DNA from: an uncultured Acidobacteriota bacterium
GTDB taxonomy: Bacteria; Acidobacteriota; Terriglobia; Terriglobales; Acidobacteriaceae
Reading direction: 5' to 3'
Assembly (NCBI GenBank): GCA_963730805.1
Contig: CAVSTL010000006.1
Coordinates: 124,713-188,712, forward strand
Length of the DNA stretch: 64,000 nt
Position 1 is the stretch's first letter. Every line of letters starts with the position of its first letter. Under the pieces are notes generated by a model. It did no database searches. It was not told the origin of the DNA and was given only the letters and a program-made list of their open reading frames with translations. The position numbers and the translations under genes were made by a program. Positions 1 to 13,934 of the stretch are shown one piece after another.

Positions 1-102
1 ACCGATTCGGGCGTGGACAAAGGCTACCAGCCGCTGTGCTTTGGGCCGGCGTACCTGGGTGCGCGCGTCCAAACCGGTTTCGATCTTAATCAGAACGCAT
101 GA
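1..102 (+). CDS. mtnD: 3' end of upstream gene, probably acireductone dioxygenase (partial)
   Basis: Frame 1 is open from base 1 (TDSGVDKGYQPLCFGPAYLG...) to TGA at 100-102, overlapping the mtnC ATG (ATGA). The tail resembles acidobacterial ARD C-termini from memory, and the mtnC context fits. Confidence 0.45.
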   Translation, partial: TDSGVDKGYQPLCFGPAYLGARVQTGFDLNQNA

Positions 103-842
103 GCGAAGCGCAACCGAAGCTTTATCTGCTCGATGTCGAAGGCACGGTTGCGCCGATGTCGCTGGTGACCGATCAGTTGTTTCCCTACGCGCGCACGCGC
201 TTGGCTGAATTCCTGCAAAGGAAACGGGATGACGAGGCGGTTCGCGCCGATCTTGTGCTGCTTGCTGAGGAGAACAGCGCCGACAAAAGCGCGGGGATTC
301 CGCGCCTGGGCCAGGTCAAAGATGCCGCACAGGTCGCGACTCCGCGCTTCCGGCTCGACGCGATGGTGTATCTCATGTGGCTGATGGATCGTGATCGCAA
401 ATCGACCGCGCTGAAGAGCCTGCAGGGCAAGATCTGGAAGGCGGGTTTCGAGAGCGGCGAGTTGAAAGGAACGCTGTTCGAGGATGTGCCGGATGCGTTA
501 AAGCAGTGGTCGGCGAAGGGTCGGGTTTCGATCTATTCCTCGGGTTCCGTAGAGGCGCAGAAACTGCTTTTCCGATATTCGATCTTCGGCGATCTGACGC
601 CGTGGATTACGGGTTACTTCGACACGCGCACCGGGCCGAAGATGGAGAGCGCCAGTTACACGGCCATTGCTTCCGCGATGAAGGTCGCGCCGGACGAAGT
701 TCTGTTCTTCTCCGACAGCGTGCCGGAGCTCGACGCTGCGAACGAAGCCGGGTACGCGACGCGGCTGGTGATGCGGGAGGGAAATGCTCCGGTAGCCGAC
801 GCCCATGGCCATGCCGTTCTTGAATCATTCCGGGGCCTGTAG
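99..842 (+). CDS. mtnC: Enolase-phosphatase E1 (acireductone synthase), HAD family
   Basis: LLDVEGT HAD motif I, LFPYAR, DRKSTALKSLQGKIW, YSSGSVEAQKLLF and GYFDT are E1 signatures. Confidence 0.93.
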   Translation: MSEAQPKLYLLDVEGTVAPMSLVTDQLFPYARTRLAEFLQRKRDDEAVRADLVLLAEENSADKSAGIPRLGQVKDAAQVATPRFRLDAMVYLMWLMDRDRKSTALKSLQGKIWKAGFESGELKGTLFEDVPDALKQWSAKGRVSIYSSGSVEAQKLLFRYSIFGDLTPWITGYFDTRTGPKMESASYTAIASAMKVAPDEVLFFSDSVPELDAANEAGYATRLVMREGNAPVADAHGHAVLESFRGL

Positions 843-855
843 GCTCTAAATTACT

Positions 856-1548
856 GTGAGTTGGACGAATCCCGCTGAAGCAGCCCTGACGGAGTTGACG
901 CGTGCGCCGCTGGTGCGCTTCTCGTTGCTGGCGTTGAGTTCGATCTTCTTTCTGGTTGATCCGTTTGCCGCCATCGGATCGTTTTTGGCCATTACCGCGG
1001 GCGCCGATACCGCGCGCCGCAAGCGCATGGCCCGCAAAGCGGCGCTGACGTGCTTCATCGTGCTTACGTCCTTTGCTCTGGCCGGGCAATTCATCTTCCG
1101 CATGTTCGGCATCACGCTGCCGGCCTTCGAGATTGCCGGTGGGCTGATTCTGCTACTCATCGGCATCGACATGCTGCAGGCCAAACGTTCGCCGACTCAG
1201 GAAGCATCCGGGGACAAGGAAGAGGCCGCGGAAAAGGAAGACGCGGGGATTGTGCCGCTGGGCATTCCGATGCTGGCCGGGCCGGGCGCGATTTCGTCGG
1301 TGATGGTGCTGGTCGGCCAGGTGCCTCATCTCTGGCAATGGCAGATGTTTGCGATCCTGGGTTCGATCGCGGTGACGGCCTTGGTGAGTTACTGGGTGCT
1401 GGCCGGGGCTGACCGCGTAAGAACAGTGCTGGGCGAAACCGGGATCCGCATCCTGGTGCGCATCATGGGTCTGCTTCTGGTGGCTCTGGCCATGCAGTTC
1501 TTTGTAAACGGGCTGACCGACCTGGGGGTTATTTCGAAGCAGGGATGA
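856..1548 (+). CDS. MarC family integral membrane protein
   Basis: FFLVDPF, FGITLPAFEIAGGLILLLIG, IVPLGIPMLAGPGAISSV and RIMGLLLVALAMQF; six hydrophobic segments. Confidence 0.92.
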   Translation: MSWTNPAEAALTELTRAPLVRFSLLALSSIFFLVDPFAAIGSFLAITAGADTARRKRMARKAALTCFIVLTSFALAGQFIFRMFGITLPAFEIAGGLILLLIGIDMLQAKRSPTQEASGDKEEAAEKEDAGIVPLGIPMLAGPGAISSVMVLVGQVPHLWQWQMFAILGSIAVTALVSYWVLAGADRVRTVLGETGIRILVRIMGLLLVALAMQFFVNGLTDLGVISKQG

Positions 1549-1601
1549 GGGTTCTTTTGGGAATTTCCCACATAAACCCCGCTTTCCCACAGGCCGTGCG
1601 C

Positions 1602-1630
1602 TTGCTTTAATGCAGGGTCGTTGCTATTCT
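1602..1630 (+). promoter_or_regulatory. rrn promoter P1 (sigma70-like, extended -10)
   Basis: TTGCTT-N17-TATTCT with TG immediately upstream of the -10 (TGc TATTCT). Confidence 0.6.
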
Positions 1631-1671
1631 CAAAAAGCTGCAACGAGGTGGTTGGGAAAGTCGGCCGCAAG

Positions 1672-1700
1672 TTGCAGACAAGGGTGGCTTGTGCTACTCT
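1672..1700 (+). promoter_or_regulatory. rrn promoter P2 (sigma70-like, extended -10)
   Basis: TTGCAG-N17-TACTCT with TGc extension; the downstream sequence is nearly identical to that of P1. Confidence 0.6.
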
Positions 1701-2048
1701 TAAAAAGTTGCAGATGAGCAGTGGAGCCTCCCGGTGGCCGTTGGGCCTGCCCGGAATGGGAAGTGGGAAGCTGGTTCGTAGGGTCGGGTGAGGTCGGTTA
1801 AAAACCCCTGGACCCCTGTTGGGAATCCTTCAGAGAACAAGCCATTGCAAGACCCGGAGGAAATCCTCCGCGAGCCCCTAGCGGCTCGAGCAATGCTGGT
1901 CGCTGTTTGAAAGTTTTGCGCTGCGCGAAAGATGCTGATTCGAGCGGGGTTCAATGTGAACCGTTTCGACTCATCGCGTCGAGAGAAGAGCGACTGCCGA
2001 GACGGTAGCGTGACCTCGACAGGATAACGGTGAGTCGAGAATAAGTGG

Positions 2049-2077
2049 TTGACATAGAGCAAGAAGTTCGATAGGTT
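2049..2077 (+). promoter_or_regulatory. rrn promoter P3 (sigma70-like)
   Basis: TTGACA-N17-TAGGTT about 300 bp upstream of the 16S gene. Confidence 0.65.
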
Positions 2078-2214
2078 TAGAAAGTTCGCGCAAAAAACGG
2101 TCGAGGGCACTGAAGAGTGCGGTTTTGGCCATGCGCATCAAGTTCGAGGACACCCTGGCGTAACAGCCCGGGCCTCGATCCAAAAGGGCGCCGCTCAGGC
2201 GGAAGGCTCTCACG

Positions 2215-2226
2215 GATCTTTGACAA
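2215..2226 (+). promoter_or_regulatory. boxA-like antitermination site (leader)
   Basis: GATCTTTGACAA resembles the boxA consensus TGCTCTTTAACAA; a near-copy lies in the ITS. Confidence 0.6.
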
Positions 2227-2378
2227 TTAGGTTGAACATGCCAGTTATGAGAATAGATCAGGTTTGGCTTGATCATTCTCACAAGTAAGGTTCCCTGCAC
2301 CCCCTGTCGAGAGACTGGTGAGTGCGGGAACGGTCGACCCTTATCTGACCTCCGTCAGAGACGGGTTGACATCAGGTT

Positions 2379-3881
<1,503 letters not shown>

Positions 3882-4179
3882 TAAAAGAGAACTGGTGGCA
3901 TGGCATTCCTTCCGCGATAGCGGACTATACCCCTGATGAAAGTCAGGCCGTAGCGAGTGCGATGTCCATCTACCCCGCAAGAGCCGTTCCTGACGGCAGG
4001 CGCGGGAGCCCTGATACAAGCCTTCTTTGGCTTGATCGATTCCATGATGGTCATGGGCGGCGTAGCCGCTCAGCGTGTTCAACCTATGTCCTCGAAACCC
4101 TTTAGCAATGAATGAGAGTATCTGAGAGCCGCCGGGATCAAACTCGGCGGGGGAGCCGGCCAGCTTAGTTTCAAGCCTC

Positions 4180-4256
<77 letters not shown>

Positions 4257-4277
4257 TCTCAGCCACGGTTCCGCAGT

Positions 4278-4353
4278 GGGGCTGTAGCTCAGCTGGGAGA
4301 GCACCTGCTTTGCAAGCAGGGGGTCACCGGTTCGATCCCGGTCAGCTCCACCA
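4278..4353 (+). tRNA. tRNA-Ala(TGC)
   Basis: GGGGCTG...CAGCTCCACCA with G3:U70, anticodon loop TTTGCAA. Confidence 0.98.
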
Positions 4354-4498
4354 GAAAATCATTCGATGCTTCCAGATCGCCGCCATCCTGATGAATTGGG
4401 TGACGCCGATCTGGAAGCAGGCCGTGTCGTCTTCGGACGATGACGGCAGGTTTCAACAGCCTCAGGGCTGGCCCGCATCGGCGAAAGAAGCGGGTTTT

Positions 4499-4510
4499 GA
4501 TGTTTGACAA
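4499..4510 (+). promoter_or_regulatory. boxA-like antitermination site (ITS)
   Basis: GATGTTTGACAA, 11/12 identical to the leader site at 2215. Confidence 0.55.
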
Positions 4511-4804
4511 CGAAATTGATTGGGTAACGCGTTTAGAGCGTTGCCGCTGCTTTGAACTGCCGTGAGGCGGATGGAAGCGGGCGTCAGCGAATTCTAAGCA
4601 CGTTTACATACAAGGCCGAGCACATGCAATCGGGTTGGTGCAAGCTACTGACTCGGGCAAGTGTTCAAGTAAGAAGAGTGTCTTTAGGAGTGCGACTCGG
4701 CAAGCGCGTGAGCGCGAGCGAGTTGTTCTCAGGCGGATTTATACGTAGGTTGACTTTGATCAGGACCGCGGCGACGCGGCTCCCTGCGCTGGAGTTAATT
4801 CTAT

Positions 4805-7721
<2,917 letters not shown>

Positions 7722-8030
7722 ATAGAATTAACTCCGCGCAGTAAAGCGGACACGATTCTTACAAGCCTTGTACGACCCCAATCAATTTCGTGTCATTCAG
7801 CTCCCTGAGCTGACTGAGAATTTTGGCGCCAGATTGCAATCCGCGTTCCTGTGGGCCTCCGGGAGAAAAAATCCGGAACAAAGCAGACGCCGCGGCAGGC
7901 TGCGGGCAACCACCCGCCAAGCGCCATTCAAAGATCAAAGGCAAACCGCAGACCCTTCGTACAAAGTGCTCAGGGACGCGGCTCAAGGCTCTCCGGCGCT
8001 ATGCGCATCGCGCCTTGAAAATGCCTCGTT

Positions 8031-8149
<119 letters not shown>

Positions 8150-8159
8150 TATTTTTAGG

Positions 8160-8195
8160 AAAAAAAGGCCACGCCCTCAGGGTGTGGCCTTTTTT
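8160..8195. terminator. Bidirectional intrinsic terminator of the rrn operon
   Basis: AAAAAAGGCCACGCCCTCAGGGTGTGGCCTTTTTT: a GC stem flanked by A- and T-tracts, directly after the 5S gene. Confidence 0.9.
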
Positions 8196-8893
8196 GCGGC
8201 CGTACCAACGACTGTCGAATCTGGTTCTTTTAAAACCCAATGCTCCGTCTGACGGGCGATATGGCTAATCAGGCTATCCATTTTTTCCGCCTGCAGCTTG
8301 CCCTGATATCCGAGTCCACGCAATTGGCTCATGAGCGCATTGGCGGTGGCGGTGGCATCGAGGTCGGGCCGGAACACGCCCTCGGCGATCCCTGTCGCAA
8401 AGACAGAAATGAGATGGCCTCGCCAACCCTCATCGAGGTAATGAAGCATCCTGGCGACGACCGGATCCCGCCAGGCGCGCATCGCCAGTTCGGTCAACAC
8501 CACCAGCTGGTCTGGAGAGTCCCTTAGTCGCAGCCGGATGTCGGCAAATTCGGCGCGGAGAAGATCCAGCGCCGACTGGGGACTGTCCGGGCTTGCCCGC
8601 GTCGTCCTCAACTCTCGCATCAGATACTCAACCACGCCCTGGATCAGGGCTTCCTTGGTCGGGAAGTAGTAATGCAAAGTCGCGCTGTTGATGCCGACTC
8701 TTTCTGCTACCTCTCGTGTGCGGAGGCCTTCCATGCCTTTTTCGGCGACCAGGGCGAAGGCGGCTCGAATTAATTCCAACGATCGTTCGTTCCTTGGCTG
8801 CCCCGGCCCGTCTTCCCCGCTCGCATGTTCGTGGGCTGTGTCGGGCAGTTGCCGTTTCTTTCTCAACGCGAGGTCCCTTTCATAGCGACGCAT
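8177..8893 (-). CDS. TetR/AcrR family transcriptional regulator (start uncertain)
   Basis: AAFALVAEKGMEGLRTREVAERVGINSATLHYYFPTKEAL helix-turn-helix; GIAEGVFRPDLD C-terminal motif. Confidence 0.9.
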   Translation of the reverse strand: MRRYERDLALRKKRQLPDTAHEHASGEDGPGQPRNERSLELIRAAFALVAEKGMEGLRTREVAERVGINSATLHYYFPTKEALIQGVVEYLMRELRTTRASPDSPQSALDLLRAEFADIRLRLRDSPDQLVVLTELAMRAWRDPVVARMLHYLDEGWRGHLISVFATGIAEGVFRPDLDATATANALMSQLRGLGYQGKLQAEKMDSLISHIARQTEHWVLKEPDSTVVGTAAKKATP

Positions 8894-9353
8894 CCAGGCG
8901 CAATCGCAGGGAGACAAATCGTGCGACTATCCAGATCATAAGGCCCGCATATACCCAGAAAAACGCGACGCGCAGCCAATGCGTACTCATCAGTTCCTGG
9001 TATTTCACCACCGACATGCCTTCGGGAGTGGACATAGAGGCCTGAATCGGCGCCCAGAAGAAGGCGGTGAGCGCGTGAACCGTCAGCTGCAAAAGCACAC
9101 CGATCCACAAGAGCAACCGGGACACTCCCTCGGGCCTCCACCACAACAGCAGGATGGAACACATGAGCATGAGTCCGACGGGGCCAAACGCCGGCCACAT
9201 TCCGTGCCACCACGTCAGATGGTATTTGGGAAATTCGACCGGGCCCACCAATGGCCATAGAGGATAGACCGCGATGTGGGTGAACCAGATAATTCCAGCA
9301 TTCCAGACGCTAAGCAATGCCGTAGTGAAGAGTAGCCACCAGGATTTAGCCAT
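8880..9353 (-). CDS. Conserved hypothetical membrane protein (about 4 TM)
   Basis: ATG at 9353 preceded by GGAG; hydrophobic helices and a YPLWPLVG...YH motif; overlaps the TetR start. Confidence 0.75.
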   Translation of the reverse strand: MAKSWWLLFTTALLSVWNAGIIWFTHIAVYPLWPLVGPVEFPKYHLTWWHGMWPAFGPVGLMLMCSILLLWWRPEGVSRLLLWIGVLLQLTVHALTAFFWAPIQASMSTPEGMSVVKYQELMSTHWLRVAFFWVYAGLMIWIVARFVSLRLRLDASL

Positions 9354-9518
9354 GCAATTCTCCCAGGTCCATGTGTTTCGATCAAGCAGTTGATTAGGAT
9401 TTTCGCCGACCAAAGACTGTCCGTCAAGCAGTTGGTTGAGAAAAATGCGCGGCTGTAAAACGATATGCCGGGCAAGTATGCCGGAGCAACTTGTATCCCT
9501 CCCGCATCCAATGCGCTG

Positions 9519-10847
9519 ATGCGCCTTTGCCTTTCTTTGCCCGGTCTATTGATGGTCTGCTTTACGGTTGCCGCTGCCCAGATCCCAGCGCAATCGTCCG
9601 ACTCCATGGGCGGCATGGATTCGGGCATGATGCAGATGATGAACCAGATGCACCCTGAAACCTTCCTCGACGAGATCCGGCATCATGGGACATCCGGCAC
9701 CAGCGCCGAACCGAATTCGACTCCCACGCCTATGGTCATGAGCATGAAAGGCGCATGGATGCTGATGTTTCATGGCAATGCGTTCGTGCTCGACACGCAA
9801 CAAACAAGTCTGCGGGGCGGGGACAAGCTCTACTCCACGAACTGGTTCATGCCCATGGCGCAACGGGGATTGGGCATTGGCCAGCTGACGGTGCGAGCCA
9901 TGTTCAGCCTGGAACCGGCGACTGTAACGTCCGAGCGCTATCCGCTCCTGTTCCAGCAGGGGGAGACCGCCTACGGCCTGCCGATCGCCGACGGCCAGCA
10001 TCCGCACGACTTTTTCATGGAACTGGCCGCCCTCTACGATCTGCGGATGGGAAAACACCGGCTTTTGAGCCTGTATTTTGCGCCGGAAGGCGACCCGGCA
10101 ATGGGCCCAACTGCTTACCCGCATCGGGCTTCGGCCGCGGAGAATCCCGTCGGCACGCTGGGACACCATCAGCAGGATTCAACGCACATTGCCAATGACG
10201 TGGTGACTGTCGGCATCACGCAGAAGGTCGTGCGACTCGAAGCCAGTGGTTTTCATGGGCGCGAACCTGACGAACATCGTTGGAACATCGACCAGGGAAA
10301 GATCGATTCATGGTCGACGCGCTTGACGCTTCAGCCGCGCATGAACTGGAGCGGGCAAGTCTCGTACGGTCGAATCGCGAGTCCGGAAGCATTGTTCCCC
10401 GAGGATGACCAGGCCCGGACCACAGCTTCGCTGATGTATAACCGGCCGATCGCACATGGAAACTGGGCGAGCACGTTGGTCTGGGGCCGCGCCCGTTCGC
10501 TTGCGGACAACGCCAAAGAGAATAGCTACCTTGCGGAATCGACATGGCGGTTCCAGACTCGCAATTTTGCCTGGACCCGCATCGAGAACGCGGGCCGAAG
10601 CAACGAACTTCTCGTCGGGCAGCACCCGCTTCCTCGCGGTTTTCATGAGGAGCCTCTCACGCACGTGCAGGCCTACACCTTCGGATTCGGTCACAATCTT
10701 GGCTCAAAGCCGCATTTCGCAACTGCGATTGGAGCTCAAGTCACGGCATACCATAGCGGTGCACCGCTGCGGCCGATCTATGGCTCCGATCCGATTGGCA
10801 TTTCGGTGTTCCTCCGCCTGCGCGCCGTTTCGAGAGGCGAGCAATAG
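9519..10847 (+). CDS. Exported Met/His-rich putative outer-membrane beta-barrel, unknown function
   Basis: Signal peptide (MRLCLSLPGLLMVCFTVAAA), MGGMDSGMMQMMNQMH, GQHPHDFFMEL, GHHQQDSTH and amphipathic beta-strands. Confidence 0.7.
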   Translation: MRLCLSLPGLLMVCFTVAAAQIPAQSSDSMGGMDSGMMQMMNQMHPETFLDEIRHHGTSGTSAEPNSTPTPMVMSMKGAWMLMFHGNAFVLDTQQTSLRGGDKLYSTNWFMPMAQRGLGIGQLTVRAMFSLEPATVTSERYPLLFQQGETAYGLPIADGQHPHDFFMELAALYDLRMGKHRLLSLYFAPEGDPAMGPTAYPHRASAAENPVGTLGHHQQDSTHIANDVVTVGITQKVVRLEASGFHGREPDEHRWNIDQGKIDSWSTRLTLQPRMNWSGQVSYGRIASPEALFPEDDQARTTASLMYNRPIAHGNWASTLVWGRARSLADNAKENSYLAESTWRFQTRNFAWTRIENAGRSNELLVGQHPLPRGFHEEPLTHVQAYTFGFGHNLGSKPHFATAIGAQVTAYHSGAPLRPIYGSDPIGISVFLRLRAVSRGEQ

Positions 10848-10948
10848 GTTTGCCGGCATTCCTCCTTGAGGGTCTAGGGAGTTTCGGCGACGCCTCTTTC
10901 CTGGAACGTCAAGGGGAGAGCGGTGGCAGAATTAAAACCGGACTTCTT

Positions 10949-11803
10949 TCACTTCACCAGCTTGGCCTGTCCTACCTGGTTGGCTTCTGCGTTGTAGAGG
11001 TGGCATCCGCCGGTGGTCTCCTTGAAGCGGAAATAGGGATGAAAGAAGAGAGCCGCGCGCGCGTCGCCCGAGCCTTCGGCAAGATCGGTGAGCCACACGC
11101 CATCGGGCTGCGGCTGATCGTGCACGTGGATCCAGAATCCCTTGTGAAGATTGGCCAGCATGCCGCCGGCGATCTTCAGATCCTGCACCGACTTCATATT
11201 CAGATCGATGACTTCTCCGGTCTCTTCATCGATCGATATTTCGCCTTGCATCACCTGGGCGAAGCGCTGGTTCAGATCCTTCGCCTGGAACTTCGGATTG
11301 GGGACGATGCCGTAGAAGAGAACACTTCGCCCGCTGACGCGTTCGCGGCGGCCGTTGGCGAGCTGCATGGCGGTGAGGAAGTCTTCGATCTGCTTGCTCT
11401 GCTTATCGTTTTCTTTTTGTGCATTCGCCTGGTTGCTGTACCTTACCGTTTCTTTCATTACGCGCTGGTCTTCTTTGCGCGTCTCGTCGGCGGTGAGGTC
11501 CTTGCCGTTCTTTGAGAGGGTGCGCTCCACGGCGATCCCGTTGACGAAGAACTGCTGTTTCACTTCGATCGTGGTTTTCTTGATGTTGCCTTTGTTGTCG
11601 GTTTCGACGGCCTCATCCGTCACCCGGCATTCGTAACGCTCCTGCTGGGCTGCCAGTTTTTTTTCGTTGGCGAGCGCCCGCTGCATCAGGTCGCGTGGAT
11701 TGGGCAGCGGAGCGTCACTGGATTGCGCTCCGGCAACAACCACAGAGAAAGACAAAAGCAAAACGTAGTTCGACAGAACGCGGCACATCGAGGCGGTCCT
11801 CAT
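10949..11803 (-). CDS. Exported hypothetical protein (beta-rich; start uncertain)
   Basis: Long ORF with a signal peptide (YVLLLSFSVVVAGAQS); the opposite-strand ORF looks like a shadow. Confidence 0.75.
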   Translation of the reverse strand: MRTASMCRVLSNYVLLLSFSVVVAGAQSSDAPLPNPRDLMQRALANEKKLAAQQERYECRVTDEAVETDNKGNIKKTTIEVKQQFFVNGIAVERTLSKNGKDLTADETRKEDQRVMKETVRYSNQANAQKENDKQSKQIEDFLTAMQLANGRRERVSGRSVLFYGIVPNPKFQAKDLNQRFAQVMQGEISIDEETGEVIDLNMKSVQDLKIAGGMLANLHKGFWIHVHDQPQPDGVWLTDLAEGSGDARAALFFHPYFRFKETTGGCHLYNAEANQVGQAKLVK

Positions 11804-11903
11804 AAGTAGCTGTACGAGGGAGCTGGGCGGTCCAGTTCCGGACATCGCACGTCCGGAAAAATCGATTCGCCGGACTAGACACCGAAGCGCGCGGAAAGTT
11901 TCC

Positions 11904-12293
11904 TCAACCGGCGGCGTCGATGCCGACCGGGAGGCTGGGAATGCCGTGCAGCGCGGTGGCTTCAGCTACCACGGCATCCAGCTGCGATAACACCTCTTCA
12001 ACTGACATGGTATATATTTCGCGGCGGCTGTCGTAGCCCTCTTGGACGAGCTGCTTGAGATACCGGCCGGCGACTTGGGCGGCGAGCTGGTCGGTAATCA
12101 CCTTTCCGGAGCGCTTTTTCTGCTCTACCCAGGCGGTGCAGGGAAGGGCGATCCACATAGGCCGGTCATTGACGTCGAAGCGCACATCCACGGCGTCGGC
12201 GTGGCGCGTGGCGATAGCTACAATGTTGGCCTTCCAGCGGCAATACAGGTCTTCACCCGTCCAGCGGTCGGTTACGCGGAATTCTTCGTACAT
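11904..12293 (-). CDS. Hypothetical cytoplasmic protein
   Basis: Compact 129-aa ORF with protein-like composition (MYEEFRVTDRWTGEDLYCRW...). Confidence 0.75.
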   Translation of the reverse strand: MYEEFRVTDRWTGEDLYCRWKANIVAIATRHADAVDVRFDVNDRPMWIALPCTAWVEQKKRSGKVITDQLAAQVAGRYLKQLVQEGYDSRREIYTMSVEEVLSQLDAVVAEATALHGIPSLPVGIDAAG

Positions 12294-12361
12294 GGAATCA
12301 GCCTACCGGTTGGGATACGGCGAGGGCAACATGAGGTAAGGCAGATTGTGCGATCAACCCA

Positions 12362-12387
12362 CCCAGGCCTGAGAATTCAAACCTGGG
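12362..12387. repeat. REP-like imperfect palindrome (CCCAGG...CCTGGG type)
   Basis: CCCAGGCCTGAGAATTCAAACCTGGG is 20/26 identical, ungapped, to 62440-62465. Confidence 0.55.
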
Positions 12388-12571
12388 CTAGTCCGGCTCT
12401 TCGTACCTGGTCCGCGGCAATCCCGCCAAGATGCACATTGACTTGTCAATGGCGCTTTGGTGGTTGGACGCTGCCCTATCGCGCTGCTAAACTGATAAGG
12501 TTGCAGTCGTTGTGCCCTCCTCCCTAACGGACCCCGCCTGCAAGTCTATTGATAAGGAATCAGGAAACCCC

Positions 12572-13276
12572 GTGGATACACAAACCCGTCACGCCCTCAA
12601 GGGGGATAAGTTCGCCGCGGCCACCGCAAGCAGTGTGAGTTGGTTGAGCGGCCACCGCTCCAACGTGCTGCGCTGGGTGATTATTGCGGTTGTGGTTCTG
12701 GCAATGGTTATTGGAGCGATGGTCTTCTGGACGATGAGGAGCAACGCCGCCGAGCATGCGCTTGGCACCGCAGTCGACGTCTACTCGGCAGCGCTGGCGG
12801 CACCCGGAGCGCCGCCGGAGAAGAACGTCTACAGCACGACGGCCGATCGCGCCAAGGAAGCAAACCGCCAGTTCGTGGCGGTCTCCAAGGACTTTGGCTG
12901 GCTCCCCGAGGGCACGAAGGCGCATTATTTTGCAGGGGTTAGCTACCAGGAACTGGGCCAGACAGCCTCGGCCGAGAGCGAATTGAAGACCGCGGCCGGA
13001 TCCTGGGACCGGAACGTCGCCAACCTGGCCAAGGTCGCCCTAGCGGGCCTCTATCACCAGACGGCGCGCGACGCCCAGGCGATCGATCTCTACAATGCGG
13101 TGTCTGCCAAGCCGTCGACGACTGTGCCTGCGACCGTGGCTCAGCTTGACCTCGCCGACCTGTATGCCTCGACCGGCAAGCAGGACCAGGCGCGCGCACT
13201 CTGGGCCAAAGTCAAGGACGCCGACAAGACCGGGATGGCCGGGTCGATCGCTACGCAGAAGTTGACCGGGAAGTAA
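12572..13276 (+). CDS. Membrane-anchored TPR protein, YfgM/TPR_21-like
   Basis: GTG start after AGGAA; basic N-terminus, one TM (WVIIAVVVLAMVIGAMVFW), then Ala-rich TPR-like helices (LAKVALAGLY, AQLDLADLY). Confidence 0.75.
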   Translation: MDTQTRHALKGDKFAAATASSVSWLSGHRSNVLRWVIIAVVVLAMVIGAMVFWTMRSNAAEHALGTAVDVYSAALAAPGAPPEKNVYSTTADRAKEANRQFVAVSKDFGWLPEGTKAHYFAGVSYQELGQTASAESELKTAAGSWDRNVANLAKVALAGLYHQTARDAQAIDLYNAVSAKPSTTVPATVAQLDLADLYASTGKQDQARALWAKVKDADKTGMAGSIATQKLTGK

Positions 13277-13340
13277 GCTGCCGAGCGGCGGCCGCGAACC
13301 GGGCTGAGCACTTTGCCCGCGCCCTGCGTCTGGTAGGCGT

Positions 13341-13934
13341 ATGAGCGCCAGCCAGACCCTCATTCCATTTTGGATGGAGATAGCCGATCGCGCCGTGCAA
13401 GACGAAGCCCGCCAGCACGCGAACGATAAAGCGCTCGCGGCCCTGGTTGACCAGTATGCTCCGACGCTTTATCGCGTAGCTTTCTCAGTCTTGCGCAGCC
13501 CCTCCGACGCCGAAGATGCCGTGCAGGAGGCGTTTCTGCGGGTGTTGCGCCATCGCGACTCGCTCGACGAGGTGCGCGACCATCGCGTCTGGCTGATTCG
13601 CATTGTCTGGAACATTGTTCTCGACCGCAAGCGCCGCGCAAAGACCCGTCCCGAGACCGACGACGTCGAGGAACTGGCGCGAGTGCTGCCGGCTCACGGA
13701 TTGAGCGCCGAGCAACGCGCCGCGGCCGCACAGCACCACGCCCATGTGCTGGCCTGTGTCGACCAACTGCCCCCCAAGGAACGCCAGGTACTGATGCTAT
13801 CGGCGTTTGAAGAGCTCTCCAGCGTGGAGATTGCCGCGGTTCTGGGCATTACCGAATCGAGCGTCCGTTCCAGACTTTTCCGAGCCCGCAACCTGATGGC
13901 TGACCTGCTCCAGCATCCAAGGAGTCTCCGATGA
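13341..13934 (+). CDS. ECF RNA polymerase sigma factor
   Basis: AEDAVQEAFLR (region 2), WLIRIVWN, LPPKERQVLML...EIAAVLGITESSVRSRLFRAR (region 4). Confidence 0.93.
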   Translation: MSASQTLIPFWMEIADRAVQDEARQHANDKALAALVDQYAPTLYRVAFSVLRSPSDAEDAVQEAFLRVLRHRDSLDEVRDHRVWLIRIVWNIVLDRKRRAKTRPETDDVEELARVLPAHGLSAEQRAAAAQHHAHVLACVDQLPPKERQVLMLSAFEELSSVEIAAVLGITESSVRSRLFRARNLMADLLQHPRSLR

